From the NCBI GenBank assembly GCA_000934665.2, contig JYFJ02000329.1, positions 62,001 to 126,000 of the forward strand: 64,000 nt of DNA, given 5' to 3'. Each line of letters begins with the position of its first letter. The stretch's first letter is position 1. The notes beneath the pieces were generated by a model. That model worked only from the letters and a program-made list of their open reading frames with translations. It was not told where the DNA came from and searched no databases. The stretch is from Catajapyx aquilonaris (Eukaryota). Both the position numbers and the translations under genes were made by a program. Below, in pieces: positions 54,891 to 64,000 of the stretch.

Positions 54891-56369
54891 TCCAGGTTGT
54901 CTGCCAGGCTCCCGCGTTGCTTTGCCCTCTCCTTTGGACAGGCGAGGCGGACTTCCAGCGCCTCCAGAGCTGCTGGAAGGAGGACCGACATCGCGCACAA
55001 GGCGTGGACCCCCTCAGGCCGGGTGCAGCAGCAGTGGTGAGGACCAGTGTGGGCACGCTAACCATTCCCTAGGGAAAACATGCCCCAATGTTGCCTACAA
55101 TACAAACAGGGCAAACATTCATAGAGCAGTGGGCGATTCATGCATTCATTTGTGGGGCGTCTGTTTCAGGCGCTGCTTCCACTTGAGTGTGACGTGTCGG
55201 GACCTGATGGAGTTCTTTGATGATGAGAAGAACTGGGGGGCCAACGAGGTGCGGGTGGGGCGGGCCTGGAGGAGAGAGGAGCTCAGGATCAAGAGTAGTG
55301 AGGATCTGCACAAGTTATGGTTAGATCAGGGGGGGCTGATAAACTAAATTTATTTTTAAAAATGCAATAAGCAGTCAAGGGAATCAACTTGTGACTGGTT
55401 GTGAATAGAGGGGAAAATACTTGATGAGTGTCAACCAAAGGAAAGAACATGCCAAGACCACAAAATTTTATTCCTCTATTTATAAGCAACCACGTCTGTG
55501 TACTGTTGGAACTGGTTTACTTTCATTTTACTAAACTTAGCTCTATAATTATAATGTTTGTAGTTGAAGTATCACTGTGCTTGGGACATCTGGATTAATT
55601 AATTATTTAATTATTAATAGGACACCTGTTAATCATTGGACAAAATGTGCATAAGTGAAAATTAACCTTTATGAGAATTGGAATGTGTATTGCTTGGATT
55701 TGAATTCCTGACAATATATGCTGTATTTGTGGCCCTGCAGGTACGTCCTCCTGAAGGAACGCAACATGCTGATGACAATGGAGCACTATTACAAAAGTGA
55801 GTGCCGCTTGTTTGCCAACCCGGAGCGTATTGACAAGGTGGAAGAGAGTATGCAAAACTTGGAAGAAGTGATCAGGGAGCGAGATAGAGCTTACTTTGAG
55901 CTCGAGACTGGGGAGACTGGAGAGCGCAGGAAGGTTACCCGCGAGAACATACTTGGTAAAAAATATTTTGTACGCTTGTGGAAAAGGGAGCTGTCTCAAC
56001 ACGAACCGCATTCCAGGTTTGGAAGAGACGAAACATACCACTGAACATGTCGAGCCAAAGGACGGGAACGTTGGGGACTTTGAATTGGAACCAGGCGAGT
56101 GGAAGGATGTCAGGACTTTCAAACTGATGTACCGGGAAAAAGAATACCTCAAGGAAAAGAAAGCTCGCAAGTAAGTCATGTTTTTCGTATTGATGAAATT
56201 GTTGGATTAACATGTTGCTCTTTGCAGTCGTGACTTCCGACTTGTGGCTCAACTGCTCAAAAGGTTTCCAGATATGGATATGGAAGCACTTCAACAAGCA
56301 TATCCAGAAGTGGACATTGAAAGAGCCAAGAAATCCAAGAAAGCTCTGGGACATCGTGACAATTCCTGA
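54882..56369 (+). CDS. MRPL47: Mitochondrial large ribosomal subunit protein uL29m (39S L47), 5 exons, 271 aa
   Basis: Exons 54882-55036, 55170-55319, 55741-55955, 56017-56170, 56228-56369 join in frame (816 nt). Arg/Ser/Ala-rich presequence. Signature [12 protein letters not shown]...[31 protein letters not shown]...[17 protein letters not shown] at 56395-56400. Confidence 0.95.
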
Positions 56370-56966
56370 GCACATTTTCTCTCCCTTGTAGTTTAATAAA
56401 TCACAGCATTTAGTTCCTACTAATTTATTCTTGGTGGTTGCATTGGTATACATGTAATTTGGATTATAAACACATTCTTTGGGGGGTAAGTGAAAGTAAG
56501 TGCAAGTATTTGACAGGCACATTCATAAGTGTACGGGTGATATGCAAGCATATTTATATATCTTTTCTGAGGGTAAAGGTATCAAGGAAAGTAATGAGAT
56601 CACAGCACCACGTAAAGTCACATTTGCAAAAGTGTGCGATTTTATATCCCTCGCACTCAGCCTCACGACAACATTTATTCAGACTAGATTTTTAAAGGTG
56701 CGAGTTTGAGCCAAATCAACTGTAAGAACGTCATCTTTGGTGTTTAAAATGGAAGCCTTATAATCTCTGGTCGGGTGAATGTTATTTACAGTACAATACA
56801 CCTAACATTGGCAATGTTATTTTTTTCTCCCTCATTACTTCCACATAAAAGCTTGTGACTATTGACCTATCACATAAAAGCAACTTATAATACTTATGTG
56901 TACGCATTGGAAAACAACATAAAATATGTTGCGAACTTCAACTAAAAAAAGAAGACCTCTTCCACC

Positions 56967-59900
56967 TTATGAAAATGAGATGGGTTCTTCCAGCATCTCT
57001 TCCCATAAGTGAGACAACAACCAAAATTTCTCTTCGCAGCGATCTGCCAGTCGACTCTTCTCCAGCTCACCAACAGGGAGAGTCAATCCCTGGAGAAGAA
57101 TAACTCCGGTTAATGGCACGTAACATTACATGTTTTCTTTCACTTCTCTCTGTGTACTGACATAAAAACACACAAACAGGTGCAGATCCTAACCTGAAAT
57201 ACATCCTCCCATGCTCCTTTGAGTGCCCCCATGAATCTTCTGAGCTCCCCTGGCATTGCAAAGTAGAGGATCCAGTCCCCACTTCGTTGGTGCGCCTCTG
57301 CACACTCCACCTCCAGAAGGCAGCACTGGCGCTTGTGCATGGCCACTCGGGTCACGCTCCCGACGCCTGCCATGGCAATCAGCGTCGGAGGGCAGTCACC
57401 TGTCTGGTAGGCCACGATCCTGTCTGGCACCAGAGCCAGGCAGCAGGCTGTAGGTGGAGGACCACGTGACATGTCCCCTGCCCCTAATCCTGCCCCTGCT
57501 TCCATGGCTTGCACAAAGGCCTGAAGCCATTCTGAGGCATCATACTCATCAGCAGCGGCAAACTGGTGCCCACCACCTTTCCATACAAGTTCAAAAGCAT
57601 GTGGACGGCCAGCGGCAGAGTCAGACAACCGACGACAACCATGGCAGTCATGTGAGAAGAGAGGAGTGAGCACCTTTGGCATTGGGTTGCTCTGGCTTTC
57701 GAACTGGTACAAGACACCAGCCCTGGAACGGGATAAATCATGCACACTTTGTAACTCGTACGTGGAGGGCAAACTCACTTCAAAATGACGTAGACTGGAT
57801 CCCAGATCCCACCCTGCTGGCGAACCATCAGATGACCATCCTTGATGGGCCCCAGTGGAGTCATAGGTGGGGACGTCTGCACATCCTCCATGTACACCAA
57901 CCCATGGTACAAGAGGAGCGACTCTTCTCCTTTGTCACTCTCCAGATCTGCTATCCGATGGAGGTCATCCATGATTTTGGCAGCAGAGGTCTGCACCACC
58001 GAAGGAAGGGACAAAGGGTGAGTCGGCCATGGAAGAACCCTCCTGGTTGCCAACTCCAAGTGGCCAGCAATGGCCATGGTGGTGAGCTGGTCTCTTGTGT
58101 CCAGCTGGAAGCGATCATGGTGGTCCCGACCCACTAGGCAGACCCACTCCAGGGATGGACCAAGCTGGGGAAGAAAACAAAATCATAATACAAGCCAACA
58201 ACATACCATTACCACAGTACTTTATCACAACTCACCACCACAAAGTCGAGGGCAAGGTAAGGCAGGGAGAAGCAGACCCTGAATCCTCCGCCTCTCCTCA
58301 TTCCCTTCTTCTCTTCAACTCCTACAAAGTACACCCTGTGCATCCCAAGAATAGCTAAAACCAGCTTCGGCTTTCCCGATGAGTGACCGCAGCTGCCAAC
58401 ATACGTCTTGTATATTTCTTCTTTAAGGTCATGTCTGAGCCATGCTGTGACTCTCCTAGATGGCTTGACCTCCCTTCCCACATGGGTATCAAGGGCTCCA
58501 ACCCTGATCTCTTCATCTACATCTGGATCCATCCATGACTGGACTGAAACTCCTGGTATGTACACTGAAGTGTCCAACTTCATGCCCCCACGTACAAGCT
58601 TCTTCATGGGTTTCTTTGGAGGTGGTGGGTCTTCCTGGCCTTCGGGTATTCCTCGCTCACCCAGTTTGGCCACCAGGTTGGCCAAAGGTGTTGGTGGAGG
58701 TAGGCTGGCTGGCGGGTGAGTTGGAACAGCATCTCCAACACACCAACTGTGGCGGTTACCAAATGAGACACGCCGTCGACGGAGTCTTGGTTTTGCATCC
58801 AGGGTACGTAGCACCAGCAAACTGTTTATTCGATTGTCTTGAACTTCGTGTCGGGAGTCAACCTCATCAGTTTTACTAATCACCTCCTGATCGCTGTCTA
58901 AGAAGGCGACTCCTGAGTCACCAGGAGAGGACACCTCACTAATCTGCAGAAAAATCAGTGTTTACATACAACTATAATAATTGCTAATTACTGCACACCA
59001 TTTTAAACACCTTAACATTGACAATCATTACCTCACTCATTTGTGACATGCTTTCACTGCGCAGCTGCCTTGTGAACAGGCCCACGTCCAAGAAGTTAGA
59101 GTCAGCCTCCAAGTCAAAATCCAGACGGTCCAGCCGCTCTGCCAGGCCCACTAAGGTCTCCCACAACTGCTTGTCCCGGAGTACGGCTGTAGGCAGGTAA
59201 TATTTCTTGATTATATCCGAGTTGTTTTTGAAAGACTGGAGGTAGCTGCCAAAGAGCTTGTCGTTGAGGCTGAGGTAGAGCCAGGCGCGGCCTTTCCCAA
59301 TCTGCGTCACCACTGAGGGAAGGTTCTCCACTGTCTCGACCAGCGACTTGTGAGAGAATTCCCGGGCAAATGACCAGTAACCAAGATGGAGCTTACGGAG
59401 GCCATGCAACAGGGCAAAGTCCAGGTTCTGACAGAGTGAGTGTGTGCCTGTTGGCCCAGCTGCATCACCTCCATCTGCTCCCTTCTTGTCCTCACTCTCA
59501 AACTGCTCAACCTGTCACAAAGAAAACCATCCATCAGATAGAAGTTATAGCTTAAATAATCGTTAGGTTATTCATTTTTCATGCTTACTGCAAAATCATG
59601 TGACCACGCAAAGATTAGGCTCCACATTAGAAGTTATTATGTACCAGGGGACACATCATGCATGAGACTGTGTTCATTAACATGACTGATTACTTCATGA
59701 AGAGGAGAACCTAGGACAGCATTTGCATATCAAGTGCAATAATTGTGACCTCCAAGGCAACTCTGTCACATAATGTAACATCAAGTCACATAATGTAATT
59801 TAGCTTTGCACGCAGTATTTTAAAAATATACAGCCACGATTGGGGCAATAATTTCATGTTTTGTTACTTGAAAAGGCTGTTTGATGTGTATGAGCATAGC

Positions 59901-61286
59901 AAGGTCACCTCAATTTAACTATTAAAGTATCGTTTACCAAGGTTAATCCTGTCATGTTTCACTTGAAAAATAAGGCTCAAGCTTGAAGTAACTGCTTACA
60001 TTTGCAGTAACAAGTCAAAAGGTGCTCATGGGCTGAGGTAATCCTGATGTAACACCAGTGTAAACATTTCATTTATTTTTTCAGTGTAAGCTCTGTCTGT
60101 AATCATCCTTTTATGCTTCTCTAGTCTGCCTCAGGTAATTTTATCTTGGACTTTAGAGACCGAAACTTCAGCTATTTCAACAATATTAATACCCCTCAAC
60201 ATATATATTTGAACATTTACGTGCACCTCTAACATGCAACACATTAATTATCATGCTGTGTAATGCTTGTTATAATATTCAGATTAACAGTTGAGTTGAT
60301 GAGAACCATTCCAGGGACAGGAGTTGCAGCTGGTTGGTGGATCTTGTAAATTTACTCCTTTCATTGTGTTGTGGATCATTAAAACTTGGCTTCATTCCAG
60401 CTTGTATTTATTGAACACCAGATACATGTAGTAGAATTATTGATCAGTTCACATCGGCTCTGTTCCTAAAAGATGGTCATCAGAGCGAAAACTCCATACA
60501 ACAGAGCACATGGATAGGCCACCAGGAGCTGCTGTCGTTCCATGGTAAGGGCTGTTACGAAAAGCTTTGACGCTGACAGGGCGCACCACAAGACGGCCAT
60601 GGCAGTCAGAGCCACTCCAACCACGCCCTTCAGGGAGACCAGGATCCCAACTCCAGAGAGGGCAACCATGGGCAGCAGGCAATAGCCCAGCACGCTAACC
60701 GCATTGGCAATGGACACACCAGCCAAACTCATCAGGTTGAGCAGCACGTACATTCCCAGGCAGCCCATCACGCTGATGCCATACACATATCCAAAGTGCG
60801 CTTTCCCCGACAACAACAGGAAAGCGCCAAAAGCCAAGCAGAACACCAGCGGTCCAGCCATGTCCGCATCCTGCAGCAAGCCGTAATCAGTCGCTCGGAA
60901 AGGGTTCAGCACGGCCAGCGTCTTTTGCACGATGCGACTAGGGTTGATCCCAAGCTCCTCCAGCAGCGGCGGCTCATCCTCAAAACTTGTCGCCTCATAC
61001 GTGCCGGGATGCTCATATGTGCTGGGTTGCTCATATGTGCTGGGACGCTCATACATGTTGGGATGCTGAGGCGGTGAAGAATTTAATCTGAATATTATAA
61101 CATCGCTCCAGCATGGTCCATTGCTTCCCAACACATTACAAAAATGCTAAACTAAAGAAGGTGCGTGTCATGCAAAAAAACATGTGCCAGAAGCCATCAT
61201 ATGAGAACAATGAGTCGACAGCAAACCTGTGACAATGCGATTTCCACTTCCCCTAGGATTCTCTCCTTCACGTTTCGGCTCGCCAT
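56967..61286 (-). CDS. PLEKHM2: Pleckstrin homology domain-containing family M member 2 (SKIP)-like, RUN plus PH domains, 6 exons, 761 aa
   Basis: Exons 61286-61227, 59511-59032, 58943-58236, 58164-57779, 57722-57194, 57089-56967 join in frame (2286 nt). The N-terminus VKERILGEV and RUN domain [13 protein letters not shown]...GYW...[13 protein letters not shown]...KKYY match SKIP as I recall it (VKDRILENI, LCEHLDHALLYGL, GRSRAWLYLALNE). C-terminal PH domain CHGCRR...RPHAF...[12 protein letters not shown]. Confidence 0.9.
60407..60412 (-). terminator. Candidate polyadenylation signal of the nested YIPF5-like exon
   Basis: AATAAA on the - strand, ~54 nt downstream of the YIPF stop codon. Confidence 0.65.
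60466..61065 (-). CDS. YIPF5: Intronless Yip1-domain protein (YIPF5/7-like) nested in PLEKHM2 intron 1
   Basis: Uninterrupted [17 protein letters not shown]...[11 protein letters not shown]...[10 protein letters not shown]...GYCLLPM...[22 protein letters not shown]. The first in-frame ATG is at 61056 (196 aa). An in-frame acceptor at 61066-61067 would join it to PLEKHM2 exon 1 (219 aa). The 5' end is uncertain. Confidence 0.88.
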   Translation of the reverse strand, partial: HPNMYERPSTYEQPSTYEHPGTYEATSFEDEPPLLEELGINPSRIVQKTLAVLNPFRATDYGLLQDADMAGPLVFCLAFGAFLLLSGKAHFGYVYGISVMGCLGMYVLLNLMSLAGVSIANAVSVLGYCLLPMVALSGVGILVSLKGVVGVALTAMAVLWCALSASKLFVTALTMERQQLLVAYPCALLYGVFALMTIF

Positions 61287-62661
61287 CGATGTCTTAGGAC
61301 CCCAGTCTTCCGAGTCAAAAAGGGACGGTGGATGCTGCTCTGGCCCGTCTTCTTGCCACAGAAGCCAGGCCCTCGGAGCCAGAGCAACACACAACAGTCG
61401 ACAAAAAAATCAATCGCAATTCACAGGATAGCAGTCGACATCTTGAATCAGACTGACGGGAAAAAGGGCGCTAACTAATATATTAGTTACGAAGATCACA
61501 CGTGGTTATAATGACGAGTTAAATATGTAAAATCAATTGACACACATGACACTGCATTACAAAATTAACTCGATACATCAAAAAATATGTGTGACTAAAT
61601 ATGCAGAATAATCAGCCCTTAATACGCTACCTAATGAACATATTAAGCCAGAATCGCAATAACTAATATATTACATCGCCCTTGTTATGACGGCAGCGAT
61701 GTTGCCAGATTGCAGGATTCAGTCGCATAATGTGAAATCGGGCATAATTGAATGGCTGGGTATGACCGGTTGGTCAATTGCATTTTGAGGTCCGGTGCGG
61801 TGTTGGAGTGTTGACAAAATGCGGCGGAATAAGCCTGCCACATTTTGCCATTTTGGGTGAGATTGTGTAGCCTATTGATTTGGTTGCCGTTTACGCGCAT
61901 CTTTTGCGCATATCGGCACATGCTCACTGGCCTGCTTTCTTATTGTCTACTAGAAGATGTAATAACAAAGGGGGCGAATTAGTTGGCCGTAATTTGCTGG
62001 GATCGTTTGGGAAGCTATTATTATAGAATGAACAGAGACTGACAAAATGAACTGTTCCAACCGGTTCCTAGGCTAAACAATTCGTAAATGCTATGAGGAC
62101 TCCAGCAGGACTCCATCGCATATACTGGACTCCATGTATATATTCGTTTAGATTTGTAGGCTACACATGTACAGTAGCGTACAATAACACATGGAAACTT
62201 CCCAGGAATAATTCGCAACGCAATAATATCCTGGAATATTATCTTTACGATCAAATTACATAGCACTCTCCTACGTGCATGACTTATTACAGTCAAGAAG
62301 ATGCTGTATACTTATTCAATCCTGAATTGCCCAATTTGGATGTAAAAATTGAGGTCCCACGCATCCCACGAGACTATTATAGGCTATGTTGAAGCTGTTT
62401 ATTGTAGCGCAATCCATGTCGTCATTTTCCTCGTACTGTACAGTACCTTCAGTTATCCTACAATTCTGCAATGAGTAATTTGCGTAGCCTTACAAAGGAC
62501 GATCCTCCTCTGCAGACATTCATTGGCCTGATAGATAGACTACTGCGCTGAGTAGCCTATACCTATTGTGTACAAAATTAATGTGTAAACAATAAGGTAA
62601 AGGGGATGAAGATAAGCTGGTTGGAAATACGTAGCCTATATTATTATTATCTCCACCTTTG

Positions 62662-62856
62662 ACCGAAGCAGTTTGGAGTAGGGGTCTAGGGGATATGGTG
62701 TCCGACTGCTAATCGGGAGGTCCTGGGATCAAATCCCGGGGCCGGCAACTCTGACCGTGGTTTTCTGTGGTTTCCCACGGTCCTTCCCGGAAAATTCCGG
62801 AGTTGTTTCCGTAATTAATAGGCCACAGCCGCTTCCTTCTATCCCTATCCTATCCC
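62662..62856 (+). mobile_element. tRNA-derived SINE (second family)
   Basis: tRNA-like head with a box-B-like GGATCAAATCCC. The body GTGGTTTTCTGTGGTTTCCC...GGCCACAGCCGCTTCCTTC resembles arthropod SINE bodies, and it ends in short CTATCC repeats. Confidence 0.7.
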
Positions 62857-64000
62857 AAAGAGCGCAGTAAAATGAAAGCAAAGAGTTCCAGGCAAATCAA
62901 ACTTCCCCCCCCCCCCCCCCAAAGAGCCGCCGNATTATAATCTCCACCTTTAATATTCAGAAGAACAGTGGTCAGTGCACTACTGACTAACATATTCTGG
63001 AGTCGGGGGGGGGGGGACAAAGACGCGGTCACGCAACCTGGTGTCCTTGGTAGTTATTAGTATGCTAATATGAGCGAATCTGGCCTGCTCCAAGGTTTTT
63101 GTACAAACAGACAATTTTGTAAGGAGCAGCAGGTGTACTTCAGTACTACGGCGGCCAAGGGATGGAATAGGTGGCATCTAACAGCAATATGTGCAGATCT
63201 CTGGTGAGGTTTCTTTTAACTTTATAGCTTATTAACAGCTGGTATGCTGAATGCCCGAAACATATCTACACCAAAGCCGTATTTCGCAAATATAATACGT
63301 CGCGTCGTTGCGGAGGTAAGTTCTACAGCGAAGCGTAGTTCGTATAGTAGCCTATCGTAGTTGTACAAGTGAAACACACGCAGGCCAAAACCCCAGTTTC
63401 AAGATAATCGAAGGCAAAGATTTGACCTTGCACTTGTCTACGTAGGCCTACGACATGCTAATTGGTACAGAAAATCTGGACTTCTTGGCTCATTTTGAAT
63501 CTTGAGGATCACAGCATGGACTTCACTAGACGACATCGACAGCAGGAAAAATTCTACTCTGCGGTAGCCTACCGGTATATTATTCAAAACAGCCAAAGTA
63601 GGACTTAAGTTAGTGGATTATTTAACTTTGCCGATGATAATAATTATATATTCCAAATATTGCTACTGAAACGTTCTATTTGTTTTACAGTTCACCCCGA
63701 TGGCAAAATTGGCAAAAAATGAATGCTACACACCATCATTTAGGTTATCATTATATAATGTTATTTATATTACATCTTTTTTATTTCAGTGCTACTTCGT
63801 GCTGGAGCCATCATTGGCTCCCTTGGGGGGGGGGGGGGTGGATTACCACCATTTTTCTTACGAATTTTCTTTTCAATTTTTCTCTCCGGTGCAGGGATCA
63901 GGATAGGGATTTGTGAGGAGGGTGGAGGGGACACTGGTGCAAGTGCGCTGTCTTAATGTTGGGGGTCGTGTGCAGTCCCCCAGGGGGTCAGGTTGCAAGA

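Larger units (their letters stand above)
60268..61102. repeat. Perfect 20-bp inverted repeat bracketing the nested YIPF5-like ORF
   Basis: 60268-60287 TGTTATAATATTCAGATTAA is the exact reverse complement of 61083-61102 TTAATCTGAATATTATAACA. Confidence 0.92.

Noticed and set aside
55607..58879. Long antisense ORFs over MRPL47 and PLEKHM2 exons
   Set aside because: They are shadow frames of real coding exons with no independent support.
60268..61102. Reading the 20-bp inverted repeat as the TIRs of a gene-capturing (Pack-type) transposon
   Set aside because: There is no target-site duplication or recognisable superfamily terminus. It is not fully excluded without a genome-wide search.
60466..61134. 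ORF-track start of the YIPF ORF at 61134
   Set aside because: It is a GTG in intron-like sequence. ATG 61056 or splicing at 61065 is more plausible.
1..64000. CRISPR arrays, operons or prokaryotic defence systems
   Set aside because: No repeat-spacer arrays were seen, and the DNA is clearly spliceosomal eukaryotic.

Overview
Eukaryotic, intron-rich genomic DNA, most likely from an arthropod (inferred from the Schlank-like ceramide synthase and the YIPF5-like sequence). All gene models were spliced by hand from GT-AG sites and checked for frame continuity. The first ~17 kb holds no gene I can identify. It is followed by a 12-exon CCDC177-like gene (+), then several MITEs and a palindromic Tc1-derived element carrying a V-SINE. 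Next comes a cluster of four homeodomain-containing ceramide synthase loci: two intact divergent paralogs and one deleted, frameshifted pseudogene on the - strand, lying head-to-head with a conserved Schlank/CerS5-6-like gene (+) that has two alternative first coding exons. The window ends with MRPL47 (+) converging on a PLEKHM2/SKIP gene (-). The most unusual structure is in PLEKHM2 intron 1, which holds an intronless same-strand YIPF5-like ORF. This ORF has its own AATAAA and an acceptor that is in frame with PLEKHM2 exon 1. It is bracketed by a perfect 20-bp inverted repeat, making it a candidate RNA-structure switch that lets one promoter and first exon produce two unrelated trafficking proteins. 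That mechanism is a hypothesis and needs transcript data.
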